Shown here piece after piece: positions 38,212-52,700 of a stretch of 64,000 nt of DNA. The notes beneath the pieces are model-generated. The model was given only the letters and a program-made list of their open reading frames with translations, ran no database searches and was not told the origin of the DNA. A program made the position numbers and the translations under genes. This stretch comes from Octopus bimaculoides (Eukaryota): contig NC_068983.1 of assembly GCF_001194135.2 (NCBI RefSeq), forward strand, positions 127,412,470-127,476,469, given 5' to 3'. Positions within the stretch are counted from its first letter, which is position 1, and each line of letters opens with the position of its first letter.

Positions 38212-38920
38212 AAATGCAGTCCTTTTCCTATTTATTCGTGGAAGTGAATGGGTTACCTGTGTGCTTGGTGTGTTCGCAGCAGGTTTCTGTGCTCAAAAAC
38301 ATCACATTCGGTGTTACAATGTGACGCATCATGCCAAGAAATACAGTTACTTGCAAGTACAAATGAGAAAAGAGAAGGTAAATGAATTCTTAGCGGATCT
38401 GAAGAAACAACAATCTACTTCAATCCAAAACCGAGATATTAGTCAGGCAGCAGCAAAATCTAGCTTCCTTATTTCTAGAGAAAGAGTATTAGCATGAAAT
38501 CTGTACTGTGAGAGTGAAGCTGTGAAAACATGCATACTGAAGGCTGCAGAAATTGTATGACTTGAGAAGCGACAGACATTTACAAACGTTAGCCTGACGA
38601 AAAACACTGTAGCAGAAAGGATTTCAAACCTCTCTGCAGATTTAGACATGCAACTGAAACACAAATTCAAGTCATTAATTGCCATTTAGGTTGCAATTAA
38701 TAAAAGCACGGATGTTACGGATGTTGTACAATTGGCCATATTCATTTGTGATGAAGGCAAGACTTTGACAGTCTCCAAGGGGTTTCTGGAGATGGTTTTA
38801 TGAGCGACATCACAACAGTAAATGACATTTTCATCATTCTGGATGGAGCACTGGATAGGGTCGGAGAGGCCTAGGCCCGTGCTGTCAGCTTGGCTACAGA
38901 TGGTACGCCATCAATGTTTG
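38212..38920 (+). pseudogene. hAT transposase remnant, SPIN/GTF2IRD2/EPM2AIP1-like type
   Basis: YLFVEVNGLPVCLVCSQQVSV, KTCILKAAEIV*LEKRQTFTNVSLTKNTVAERISNLSADLD, STDVTDVVQLAIFI and AVSLATDGTPSM; stops and frameshifts. Confidence 0.9.
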
Positions 38921-39359
38921 TGTAAAAACCGCGTTTAAAACGTCTAGAAACTGGTTCACGATATTACACTTATTGTGGTGGGGTTCAGTTTTATTACAGT
39001 GAACATTGATTAAAATGTGAAAGAAAATCAAACCAATGTACCTGGGAAGAAAAAAGATCCACAAACCACAGACCTAGTCTGAAGATATTATTAATTGTTC
39101 AGGTCACAAAATGCATTCCACATATTCAAAACGCGTTAGATATAATGCAACAAATAAATGTAACATTTGTGTAATGGCTAAAACAAATTATAGAATATGA
39201 AATTCAAATTCCTGAGAAAAAGTGAGAATAATGTTGTTGTATTAGCCAGAGGGCAGTTTTAAAGTTGGAAATGTATGATCAAAAATGATCATACATTTTT
39301 TAACATAGAGATAGTCAGACACACACTCACACAAGCAGGTATATATCTGTCTATCTGAT

Positions 39360-39417
<58 letters not shown>

Positions 39418-39726
39418 TCTCTCTCTCTCAATATATATATANNNNNNNNNNNNNNNNNNNNNNNNNNNNNNNNNNNNNNNNNNNNNNNNNNNNNNNNNNN
39501 NNNNNNNNNNNNNNNNNNNNNNNNNNNNNNNNNNNNNNNNNNNNNNNNNNNNNNNNNNNNNNNNNNNNNNNNNNNNNNNNNNNNNNNNNNNNNNNNNNNN
39601 NNNNNNNNNNNNNNNNNNNNNNNNNNNNNNNNNNNNNNNNNNNNNNNNNNNNNNNNNNNNTATATATGGATAGATAGATAGATATTGCGTGTGTATAGAT
39701 ATTACGTGTGCGCGCGAGTGTGAGCA

Positions 39727-39762
<36 letters not shown>

Positions 39763-42540
39763 CGTAAATAAATATATATATATATATACACACACAATGA
39801 GAGTAAGAGCCAGTCGACTGACCTCATAGAGATTTCTTCGTTTGTTCTCGGGAGCAACACATTGAGGGTGTGAAGAGAGTGCATGGCTGAATAAGATACG
39901 AACACTCAAACCTACTGAGTAAGGATTGCCATGAAAATCCGACGTAGATTTCTCAGCATATTAATAAATGTTTGTTTCATACCGAGTTTAAACGATCAAG
40001 AAAGTAAGGCTGATGAATTCTATTTTAGTGGTTCAGCATATCACACAATTTGAGGGAGAATTTAGTATTATTTTGGCGAACATTGATTATGAAGTGACAG
40101 AAGACCAAACTGGTGCATATTTCATTAAATGTGCAGTATATCTTATTGTCTTTATGGCCTAAGATCGTTTATTTTTGTATATTTACGTATGTACGTGCAT
40201 GTCTGTGTATGTGTGTGCTTTGTGAGTGAAAATATCCATTTGTAAGTGTTCGTTATAATTCGTTTATAAATGATTTGCTTTTTCGTTAGTAGTGGAGGCC
40301 AAAGGAAATCAAAACAATACGTAATTACAAGAAAACAAAATGATAAACTTGTCAATTATAGAAGACTTAATGTCAATCTTAAAGAAAATGAATGCACACT
40401 CACATCTCTCTTTCTCTATTTCTCTCTCTCTCTCACACGGCCAAACACACAAGCACACAAACAGACACACGGCCAAAACACACAACCACACACATAAAAT
40501 CATGCACACACGCATGAAAATACATACATAGCCATACTTACATAGACACTGAAATACACAAGCACATACTTAGTGTAAGTAAGCGATACGCCTCTTTCTT
40601 ACTATACAACTAAGACCTTTATATGACGCTATAATGCGGTTTATGATTTTTCAGATGTCATCTGACCGGTTTGGTCAGCTTTGACAACCTGACCAATTAA
40701 ACAAACAAAAGGAACACAATTTACTACCAATACCACCTACACCACCGTTAAAAATATCAGCACTGTTACTTCTGTGACTACTACGTGCCATAATGGGGAT
40801 GAAAACATTAATGTCGGCTAATACTAATCATGTCTTCATATTCGTTCTGTATCTCATATGTTCAGACGATGGTTAACATCAATGTAACGATCCGTTGCCA
40901 ACTATCACTCATACAGCGAGAATGATAAGTATTCTATCGATCATGGAATATTAACATGTAAAGTGGACACCTGGAACATTTTGACTTACAGCGGTAAACA
41001 TCATAATTCGATGGTTTTAATGTTTCGAATCCCACGTTCGATAGTCTTTCGGTATTCTTACGGCAAGGACACTGCCACTTTGACTTCTGAGTTCAAATTC
41101 AACATAGGTCTAGTTTACACTTCATTCATTTAATTTGATATGATAGTTCCAGTTGAGCACTGAGGTCAATATAATCGACTACTGCAATATTCAGAAAACA
41201 GTAACCATAGCCCTTTATATACCCTCTGAATCTGGAAAGTGTTCTTAAATCTGATCTGGCTCGAAAACTTTAATTGTACAAAAACGGGCTTCTCAAGGGA
41301 TTTATACTAGATGACCTAATACTGGTTAACATATTAAGTCTACTACCGTATATGAATTCTACTCCCAACGAATTAAGTTTCACTGTTGCATCGCTAAAAC
41401 GTCAGCAACATGGAAAACAAGATGTTTTTATAAAATTGGAACAACAAATACAATTTCACACTATTTTGCTTAAATCATAACAGTAAAAGCATTTACAAAT
41501 TTTGATACCCGGCTATGATCAATATCTGCACATATATATGGGTGAGTTAATGGTCTCATATTCAGAAATTACAAGAATCGTAATGTTAGAAAATAGCAGC
41601 GAGATCATGTTATTGTAAGGGATATACTATATAAAGAGAAATAAGTTGGGTTAATTATTGCTTGCAACAGTTTCATCGAATAATTCTGTATTCCGTGATC
41701 TGAAAGTAAACAATAGGTTAATACTTCATGAAGATAACTGGTTAAGTATGACAAGCAACATCCATGTACCCGGATTTTGAAGCCATAACTCAGGACTTCA
41801 AAAAGCACACGGGTACGCGCGTGAGTATGTTTACACACACACATACATACACACACACACACACAGAGACATACACACACACATATATGAGTGATCGACT
41901 TGAAGACGTAATTGAGTACTATACATATTTCAAATGGAAGTCGAGTGCATCTTACGTAATATGCCGAAAGACGTGTAGCAGTCCCGTGTACTTTTTCATC
42001 AAGTACATACGGCTAAGTTGAAAATTGTCACCCTAATGGACGATGCAAACGGAAGCCGGGACCGTAGAGAGGATAAGATATAGTTGGAGTAGGGATGGAA
42101 TCGTTAAAAAAAACAAGTGCCGTTGTCAACTATACAATTACGCCAGCGAGATAGAGATGACATTCATTCTGTTATCAACGTACTCAAACTATTGTACCCG
42201 CTGCTTTATGTTATGATATCATTAATATTTATGTGGTGTCAATAAGGTGCAGCTGACGCAGCAATTGCTGGGATAGTAATTCCTCAACATAGAAAAAGTA
42301 TGAGTAATAAAAATTCGTATGTATAGAAAAGAGAGGAGAGGAAAGACGGAAAAATAAGAAATAAAGAGGATAAGGAAAAATAAGGTGCCGGTGGCAGGTT
42401 ACTTGTATTTAAATATATATGAATGAATACACCAGTCCACACACAAGTTAAGACTATGCAGACGTAAGCTACGAAGCATATCGGTATATAAATAAATACA
42501 TAAAGCAATATGTAAGCAAGTATACATGCATATATTCATG

Positions 42541-42576
<36 letters not shown>

Positions 42577-44076
42577 NNNNNNNNNNNNNNNNNNNNNNNN
42601 NNNNNNNNNNNNNNNNNNNNNNNNNNNNNNNNNNNNNNNNNNNNNNNNNNNNNNNNNNNNNNNNNNNNNNNNNNNNNNNNNNNNNNNNNNNNNNNNNNNN
42701 NNNNNNNNNNNNNNNNNNNNNNNNNNNNNNNNNNNNNNNNNNNNNNNNNNNNNNNNNNNNNNNNNNNNNNNNNNNNNNNNNNNNNNNNNNNNNNNNNNNN
42801 NNNNNNNNNNNNNNNNNNNNNNNNNNNNNNNNNNNNNNNNNNNNNNNNNNNNNNNNNNNNNNNNNNNNNNNNNNNNNNNNNNNNNNNNNNNNNNNNNNNN
42901 NNNNNNNNNNNNNNNNNNNNNNNNNNNNNNNNNNNNNNNNNNNNNNNNNNNNNNNNNNNNNNNNNNNNNNNNNNNNNNNNNNNNNNNNNNNNNNNNNNNN
43001 NNNNNNNNNNNNNNNNNNNNNNNNNNNNNNNNNNNNNNNNNNNNNNNNNNNNNNNNNNNNNNNNNNNNNNNNNNNNNNNNNNNNNNNNNNNNNNNNNNNN
43101 NNNNNNNNNNNNNNNNNNNNNNNNNNNNNNNNNNNNNNNNNNNNNNNNNNNNNNNNNNNNNNNNNNNNNNNNNNNNNNNNNNNNNNNNNNNNNNNNNNNN
43201 NNNNNNNNNNNATATATATATATATATATATACATGCGTTGAAGGTCGGTGGACATATGCAAAAACGAAACACGAAATCATATATCAAGATTTAGGACAT
43301 AACATGACTGTCAGTGGAACTGGAACGTAACCGAAGTAATAATTTCGCTGTCAAGTGCGAAAAGTACAGTAACTATACTAATCATAATCAGGTCCCCACA
43401 TACCTCGCATTCTTCATGTCGTAAGCTTGTATAATTTTCCATACTTACTCATATACAGCGTTGTATATGAGATAACGAATGACCTCACCAGCATTTTGCC
43501 AAATACAAGTCTATGTTTCAATGAGGTGTGTCATAATATGGAAACATCTCGAGAGTTGCCTCGTCTAATTGGCTGAACATTTTAAGTTGTCATAGTATTT
43601 AGTTCATATTGCTTTCAACTCAGCTTGAAATTAATTCCGATTAATTAATTCTCTGTAGCTTGATAACATATTTCTGCACTTTACAGTTTCATACATACAT
43701 TGGTGAGTCATAATTAGCACTTCTGGAATATTAATTTAATACTTATATTTTAAAAAATACATTACGTGTTTTCGCTATTTGTTGGAAATCATATCTGTTA
43801 TGTTGTCTCGGTTTTATTTGAGCTTAAACATGACGATGTGGACAGTAGAAAAATATAAGTCTATTATAAATATGCATGCTTCTTATACTGAATTATGAGA
43901 ACATATCCACATGCACGCTTGAAAATAATTCGTAATTATCTCATCCTGAGAATAAGCTTGACCAGTGACCTGCTAGGAAGAACTAACAATTTCTCCTTAA
44001 GACCTAATTTGAAACGACATATTATATAAAGTTCTAGAATAAACAGTCATCTCTCACGAGGTGTGAGCATCTCATA

Positions 44077-44175
44077 ATGAAATGTATTGTGCTATCGCTA
44101 ATTCTTTCATTTGCATCTGTACTCGCAAGCGTACTTAGACACTCACTCATTCCCTTCACTGTTGCCCCAGAGTAA
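44077..44175 (+). CDS. Small ORF / candidate first exon with a signal-peptide-like N-terminus
   Basis: MKCIVLSLILSFASVLASVLRHSLIPFTVAPE*; A at -3; TATAAA at 44025; possible donor ga|gtaata at 44172. Confidence 0.25.
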   Translation: MKCIVLSLILSFASVLASVLRHSLIPFTVAPE

Positions 44176-46669
44176 TATCCAGGATTTGAGTTCTTGAATG
44201 ATTAAGAGCTGCGCCAGTGACTCATGGGTATTCATTTTGTGTTGCATGATGTTGGAACATGAAATGAAGTGCCTTAATTTTGAGACTAATGCATCGCATT
44301 CATGCAGGAATTGAACAAATTAGGTTTCTGACTTGAAAGTCTAAACTACTAAGCTACTCATCTACATAAAATAGTCCTCCATTTAGTATAATGAATGTAT
44401 TTTTAGACAAAATGAACACGTTTGATAAGAGCCCCGCTTTATCACAGTAGACGCGAAGCTAAACAACTACTACAAAATGATAATCCAACAAATTAAAACG
44501 CCCACCAAAATTTATTTACTTACAAAGAAAGCCATTTTGTTAATATGTCTATAACTGCATTGAAGAGCCACTCAGCAGTTAGTCGTTCCAAGTATAACAG
44601 AACAATTGTAGTATATCAACAGTTTTCTGATGATATTTTTCCTGTCGATATTAGATGCATTGTTAATATTTGTGTTTACATTTACTCATATTTTTGGTGT
44701 TTGCTTCCATAATGATGTTCTATTTTTAATATATTTTCTCAAATAACTGCGTACTTATTTCCTAGGCATTAAACAGCATGATACGATAATTTATTATCTA
44801 TATAGATTTATCAGTATCGGATGAGACTTATTATTAAAAGCTAAGTTGAAAATAATGTATTAATGATTTGTATCAAAAGTAAAAGATGAAATATCTTTTG
44901 ATTTCAGCATCGTTTGTTACTATCAAACAACTCCATGAATACAATCATAATAATCTTCACATGCACATGCTAATACACTATCATATTATATACATGTAAA
45001 TTCTCTGTCATTGTCTCTCTCTCTCTCACACATAAATGTACTCATTCTCACGCGAGCAAGCACACATATGCATATATTTATGCATAGATATATGTGTGCG
45101 TGTGCTTGCATTCGCGTCTATGTCTGTGAGTGTGCGAGTGGCTATGTGCGTACGAGTATGTTTATACAGGCAAATAGATAGATAGATTGCATATCTAGAA
45201 TATTAACAAAGTGAATCAATGAATGATCAGAATTCAGTAGTTCCCCTCGTGCGATTATATATTTATATTTATGTCATAATTCCAGTCAATCGTTATATAG
45301 TTATTTGTGCAATTCTATGAGTCAGCTGAATGGACATTTTTATACAAAGTTTAAAGTAAGAACATTGGATGAATGAAAGCCCGTACGGTAAGATATTAAG
45401 CGATGCAGTTGAAAAATCAGAGCCAATAGACTATTGGCACTTAGAAATTTGCTCACACAATATAAATCAATTGCAGCCATTTCAATTGCAAAACCTTACC
45501 GATTAACCCAAGTTTATTAGGTTTTGTCTCTGTGTGTGTGCGTATGAGTGTGTGTGTGTATGAATGTGTGTGTGTATGAGTGTGTGTGTATGAGTGTGTG
45601 TGTGTGTGTTTGTGTGTGTATGTGCGCGCGCGTATTGTGTATTTCGTTTGTGTTTTGTGTATTTGGTTTGTAAGATTCATGATGCGAACTCGTATTTTGA
45701 AACAAATCCTCTGTTTCGGGACGGTCAGTACGCGACTAATAATATTAACACATGTACTGGTTCAATATAACTTATTTAATGTTAATCACTTCTTTTAATA
45801 TCTAACAGGTCAGCTAATCTGCCGTTTGTTTAACGAGCTGGTTTAGTAATCAATCGTCTGTTTCTTAGTCAAAGACCTTTCTTCGCTTATATCGACCTCT
45901 TCAATCACATGCCCGCTTTCTTCAACAGCTGCCCTGAGTCTGAGAATTAGTCTTATGCCTATGTGTATGAATGCCTGTGTGTGTGTATTTGTGTGTTTGC
46001 AAACAAGAGGAAATGGGAGAGATAGTAAATGAACAGTATGTGTTTCTGTGTATAATTGTGTGTGCTCACCAGTAAGACTGTATGTGTGTGTTGTGTGTGT
46101 ACATCAACCATTCTTGACCTCATTAAGTATTTCGCCTTTAGTTCGAGGTCAGTTTTGTCCCAGATCCGCTAGGATTCGCTTATCATCCTGTTAAGATGTA
46201 TCGGTGTAGTTCCTTATGTAGGAAGAGTGGAAAGGTGAGAAGGGTGGGTGTGTGGGTGTGGGTGTATGTGTGTGTATGTGTGTGTGTGGGGGGGGGTGCC
46301 TCTGCGAATGCGTGAGTGTGCGCGCGTGACTGTGTGCTCTACTGTGAATATTCGAGCGGTTGAGTCAACTCAGTTAATGAGTGTGTATGTTTGCATGCAT
46401 GCGTGCAATGGTGCGAGTGTTTTCTTACATCAGTGCATTCAGCTACGTATGAGTGTGGACCTGCGAATGATGTCGGTGTGACTGTGTGCAGGTTTGCGTG
46501 TGTCCGATGTTATGTGTCTGTATGTGTTTCCGTATACGTGTGTTTGCGCGTCCCTGAGCGCGTGTGTTTGTGCATATGTATGTGTGTGTACGTATGTATG
46601 TGAGTAAGTGTCCGTGTGTAGATGTGTGTAGTTGCGTACTAGGATTTTTTATAACTACACAGCCGTAGC

Positions 46670-46824
46670 TGAATAGTTGGCTGGATGGTAAGAACCTCGC
46701 TTCACCATGATTCGGGGTTCAGTCCCACTACGTTGCTCCTTGGGCAAGTGTTTTTACAATAGTCTCGAGCCCACTAAGTGATAGATTTGCGAGTAGATTT
46801 GGTAGACGGAAACTGAAGCCCGTC

Positions 46825-46826
<2 letters not shown>
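46670..46826 (+). mobile_element. SINE S1 5' half
   Basis: tggtaagaacctcgcttc...ggttcagtcccactacg...ccttgggcaagtg...gatttggtagacggaaactgaagcccgtcgta followed by (TA)n. Confidence 0.87.
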
Positions 46827-46892
<66 letters not shown>

Positions 46893-47215
46893 GTGTATAT
46901 AAATGACACTCCCAAGGCCCACTATGTATACATACATACACACACGCACCAGACGTCTGACACTGTTTTGGCAATACTTTTGCAGCTGGATACCCATTCG
47001 AATGCCAACCACTTTACAGTGAGGACTTTGTACTTTTAAGTGGCACCTGGACTGATAAAGTGACCAAGTACCTTCAAGAGAAAACAAAACTTTCTTGAGG
47101 GGAAGGGCATTGGAAAAGTTGATCCTGTGCCGGATGAGGAAATTTTATAGGGAGACAGAGACATAAACTGGCTTCTTTCTGTAGAAGAAGTACAAGGTTC
47201 CCGGCCGGAGAGCAT

Positions 47216-47282
<67 letters not shown>

Positions 47283-47717
47283 GGACAGACAGACTGAGAT
47301 AGAGAAAGAGAGGGAATGAAGACAGAAACAGGTACGCTACTGCAAAGGAAATACGTGGTTAACCAACCTGAGGGAAGTGCAGGAGAAGGAGAGAGACAGA
47401 GACAGAGACAGAGAGAGAGAGAATGGGGGACAGCAGAATAGAGATGATGGAAAAATGTCGGGCATACTCAGAAGGGAAAGGGATCAGAATATAAAGGGAA
47501 TGGTTGCGAAAAAGAAGAGAGATATATAGATGGTGGATAGTGCTAGGGCATAACCTTGAGATTCAAACGCCATAATATAAGTGGCAGGATATTGCGAAGG
47601 AAAAGTGATTAAAGAGTGCGGAGACGGGAGTGAGCGGCGAAAACCTTGATATGTACAACGTCGGGCGGGGGGNNNNNNNNNNNNNNNNNNNNNNNNNNGG
47701 GGGGGGGGGGTACCGGA

Positions 47718-48055
47718 TCGCAATGATACAGAGGAACAGGGCCGTGAGGTCAAAACTGAGGAGAGACAGCAAGGAATAGTATATGTAGGAAATGTGAAGA
47801 CGAGAAGAGATGTGGAGATTTAGATTGGTTTGTTGCAGTAGGGTGAGTGAAAAATTTTCTTGTTACGTGTGGGTAGAACATGCAGGCCGGGAGCTAGCGG
47901 AGAGCAATGATACAATGGCACAGGGCCAAGAGTACAGGATTGGGGTGTGGGAGAAAAGCATAATGCATAAAACGGAAATGTGAGGACGAGAAGAGATGTA
48001 GAGGTAAAGTTTGTTTTGTTGTGATAGAAGAATTCTTGCTAAGTGTGGGTGGGAC
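47718..48055. repeat. Diverged two-unit tandem repeat, period ~185 bp
   Basis: Both units share gcaatgataca, acagggcc, ggaaatgtga(a/g)gacgagaagagatgt and ttcttg..a.gtgtgggt. Confidence 0.7.
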
Positions 48056-48127
48056 ACAGCGCTTCTAGAATTCACTTTCACTGACGTGAGCAGGTCTTCT
48101 CTAGAACTTCGTATCACCAGATATCTC

Positions 48128-48637
48128 GGTGAGGCCCAACATCCTGAGATCGGTCCTAACCACTTCATCTCACGTCTCTCTAGGTCCCCTGCTTCCGCAG
48201 GTACCATCCATATTCATTGATCGGCACTACTTTATGCAGCTGTCCTCATCCATACACATCACCTGTTCAAACCAACGTAGTCTTCTTTCTTGCATGCTAC
48301 ATTTGATTCCTCTTGTAGCCAGCATTTCTCTCAATATATGTTTTCATTACGGTCCATGTGCGCTGATGTTGCACGGACAACGGAGCATACTACCTTAATT
48401 TCTCTCCAGTCCACGCATGTCTTCTGCATTCAGAGCCCATGTCTCCCTACAATGGAGTGTAGCCGTTCGCACACAAGCATCATATAGTCTACCTTTTACA
48501 CTAAGAGGGATTCCTTTTGTTGCCAACAGAGATTACTAGTAGCTCTTTGAACTTCCTCCACTCAACACTTATTCTAGAAACAATATTTTCAGAGTACCCT
48601 TCACCTTTGCTAATTTGTTCACCTAGGTAACAACATT
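48128..48637 (-). mobile_element. RTE-clade LINE, decayed 3' RT region
   Basis: Reverse-complement translation gives YLGEQISKGEGYSENIVSRISVEWRKFKEL, RLRWFEQVMCMDEDSCIK and a GTCGSR..RRDVR*SG*DRSQDVG segment resembling RTE RGRP..TW..VV..DL..LG; frameshifted. Confidence 0.82.
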
Positions 48638-49750
48638 AAGAGAACCTCCTGGGCATTTGAGACAATCTACGTCCCGGGTGCTCTTAGTGCTAATTGTTCT
48701 TGTATATTTGCCCCATACAAAGATTTCTTTAACTCTTAATCTACATGCGATTCCACTACACCTTTTATGCGTCTATAGTTTACCCTGGGTGCAGCGAATA
48801 GAATTTCTCCTAACTCCCTTGCTACATACTGAGCAGGGCCATTAACCTGACGGAAAGAGAATGTTATCTTCTTTCTTACTAGACATATAACGGGTTAAAT
48901 GGGTTAAGAGCCCCCTCAGTCAGGATTTACCAAGTGATTGCGCCTAGAAAATTCCCCTCTCAAGCGCAATTTATATATATATATATATATACTATCATAA
49001 AAGGTAAAACTCATTAATTATTTTCCCAAGGGTTCAGCGCTCAGATAAAAACCTTACACGTAAATTTTACAAGTATTATAATAATTATATACATAATTGT
49101 AACAAAGGATTAGCTATAAGCCTCTCCACGCGCTAGAAAATAGACGCCAAAGGATGTTACTACCACCTTAAAAATTCCGAAATGTAAAACACGGGATGTA
49201 GTCGAGCAAAATAATGATAATGAATTACACTTTTGGTTAAATGTGTACAACATCCCGTTTTAAGCTTAAGGAAAGATATGTATGCATATATATATATATC
49301 ACAAATAGAGAAACTCACATCTTTAATGTTAAAATTCACCTTACAAAGCCCATTATCGCTTCTGTTGTATTAACATATTTAGATTTAGAAAAATCATCTT
49401 GTAGTAATTCTGTTTTTGTTCCTTTGTTACTTAGCCGTTCTGTAACACTTTCACATGACAAGCTAAAGTAAGAGGCATATTGGGGAAAAGGTGGTGGTGA
49501 GTTAAATCTCTATTTTTTATTATTGTTTGAACTAAGTTTTTTTCATCCGTTCTTTGCCTGTCTGTAACGCTTTAAATTTGATTATTTAAAGGGACACAGA
49601 TCAGAATATAAATGGGACGGTTGAGTAAAGTAAGAGAGACATAAAACAGGGAGACGGAAAAAAAAGTGATGAAAGGAGACTAAGGTAAAGTGTGAGAAAA
49701 GGGATAGTGGTGTGTTTTAAGCCTATAACATTGTCCATAAAGTATATAAA

Positions 49751-49781
<31 letters not shown>

Positions 49782-52700
49782 ACATTAAATAAACCTCGTA
49801 TTCAGATTTCCTTCACTTTTCAATAAGTAGTAGATGAGCGACTGTCTTTTGAGGCAGAAACAACACGGGCAACGCGTTCAGGATTTTTGGATAAAGTTTT
49901 CAGCTATAATGCAATACGTTTACCATAAATTCTGTGAAATATGCATGGGTGCCGCTAGTTGAAATTAATGTTCTTTTTATATTATAACATTTGAATTCAA
50001 CTCTAAAAACAAAGTTCCATGGGCGTGTAGGTGACGTCAGCTTCATTAAATATTGGAGAAACATTCATTAAAAATATATGTGACTTCTACCTAATGCACT
50101 GCATATGAGTTTCTTTGGTTTGTACACTCATCCGCCAATATATATACGTGTAAGAAAGTGTATATGTATGCTTTAGATTATATCACTGTATATCAGTATC
50201 TATCTCTCGCTCTCGCTCTCTACTGCTCCCTATGTGTGTGTATGTGTGTGTGTATGTGCGTGTGTGTGTGTATGTGTGTGTGTATGTGCGTGTGTGTGTG
50301 TATGTGTGTGTGTATGTGTCTGTATATATATATATATATATATATNNNNNNNNNNNNNNNNNNNNNNNNNNNNNNNNNNNNNNNNNNNNNNNNNNNNNNN
50401 NNNNNNNNNNNNNNNNNNNNNNNNNNNNNNNNNNNNNNNNNNNNNNNNNNNNNNNNNNNNNNNNNNNNNNNNNNNNNNNNNNNNNNNNNNNNNNNNNNNN
50501 NNNNNNNNNNNNNNNNNNNNNNNNNNNNNNNNNNNNNNNNNNNNNNNNNNNNNNNNNNNNNNNNNNNNNNNNNNNNNNNNNNNNNNNNNNNNNNNNNNNN
50601 NNNNNNNNNNNNNNNNNNNNNNNNNNNNNNNNNNNNNNNNNNNNNNNNNNNNNNNNNNNNNNNNNNNNNNNNNNNNNNNNNNNNNNNNNNNNNNNNNNNN
50701 NNNNNNNNNNNNNNNNNNNNNNNNNNNNNNNNNNNNNNNNNNNNNNNNNNNNNNNNNNNNNNNNNNNNNNNNNNNNNNNNNNNNNNNNNNNNNNNNNNNN
50801 NNNNNNNNNNNNNNNNNNNNNNNNNNNNNNNNNNNNNNNNNNNNNNNNNNNNNNNNNNNNNNNNNNNNNNNNNNNNNNNNNNNNNNNNNNNNNNNNNNNN
50901 NNNNNNNNNNNNNNNNNNNNNNNNNNNNNNNNNNNNNNNNNNNNNNNNNNNNNNNNNNNNNNNNNNNNNNNNNNNNNNNNNNNNNNNNNNNNNNNNNNNN
51001 NNNNNNNNNNNNNNNNNNNNNATATATATATATATATATATATATACATACATATACAGAGCATTATTAAAGTACGATTACGAACTCCTGTTTAAATAGT
51101 TGAATAACTATGGTCTGAAAATATATCAAATATTTTCCTCGAATTAATCAGCATAGGTTTTAAGCTTTTGATATCCAGTCATTCGCTCCGAGATATAACA
51201 TTATCGATTGAAATAGAAAAAATATTGATTATATTATCTTGAGAATATCTTTCGTTGCGTTATCTTCTCCTTTTGCTGCTATATTGCACAACAGTGGCGT
51301 TAATAGTTCATAATTGTATGTGAGCTTGGAAATTAGAATCTGTCGCCGTTCATGCTTTCCAACGAATGAATTTATGTTTCATAGTATACTACAGACTAAA
51401 TATTTATACGCGTATTGTTTTTAATTACTTATTTTGCAGAGAATGGGAAGCTGTTATAATACATTTTCAGAAGAACCAACTATAGGAACCAATATTTTCA
51501 TACCAGGACATCTGGCACTTGCAATGAATTATACTCTACGAAAGTTTCCATGAACTATATTTAGCTTCTAATTCATTCGTAACTCCGAGGCTATGATTAA
51601 ATATGCTCTCAAAGATGCCATGTTGTGAGATTTAAACCGAAAAAATGATGACATTCTTTTTAACACGACAGTAATGTGTAATTCGGTGATAATGTTGGTG
51701 GTAGTGGTGGTAAAGGTTGATGGTGGCGTTACGTATATGATGAAAGTGAATACTGTGTAATAATGTTATTGTTTTTCATCCATATGTCAGCCTTCGAGGA
51801 TTAGACATATCAATGGTGTTTCATTTATTCACAGCTGGTGTTTTCCTATATTTTTTCCCCGAAACTTCATTGTTCAATGCGCTCTATTGTGTGATGAAGA
51901 TGATGATAATTGAAGGAGAAATTTCAGTTACTCACATTAGCTCCAGCCAAAACATAAGGAAGTAATTGTTATCCTCCCGAAGAGTATTACTTCACACAAG
52001 GATTATTTTGTATACAGAGTCTCAATCTCTGTATGACTCACATCAATTTCATTAATCTGTATAAATAAATATACACCACTGACAGATTCAGTTTTTTTTT
52101 TTAATAAAACGGGGTTGTCGCGACAAGAATGCTTATTTGCATCTAAATAATAAAAGTATAATCATCTATAGTTGCTTGTCTTTAGGGCCTCTTGATTCAG
52201 TTAAAGTCATGAGATTTTCTTTTATATTTTAATGTTTTAGAGTGTGCCAATTTAAGAGATCGATGTTTTTACTTCCATTATCAGATTGAAATCTCTGATT
52301 AGAAATAATTAGTCACTTTCATAAAAAAGTTTAATGTTCAAAGTATTATTGTATTTGATGTAAAGTTAAATGAATCATGTAATGTCTGCTGCCAAAAGTC
52401 ATTCAATGATGGATGAACAAAGAGTCAAGTCCTGAATATTCAGATGCAAAATAGCGTCCAACTAAATTACGTAAAACATTTATTGTCTTCCTAATACATT
52501 CTTGGTTCAAATCCTAGTAATACAATTTCAAATTTTAATTCTCAATTATTTAAAATCTCCTTAATTAACTTCTAGAATATACCATGCATCATGTTATATA
52601 GTATATATTATATCGTATAATATAATAGAAAATAATGTATGATATATACAATATATTACGCATCATAATACATGTTACGCTATTGGTAACGGGAGGAAAG

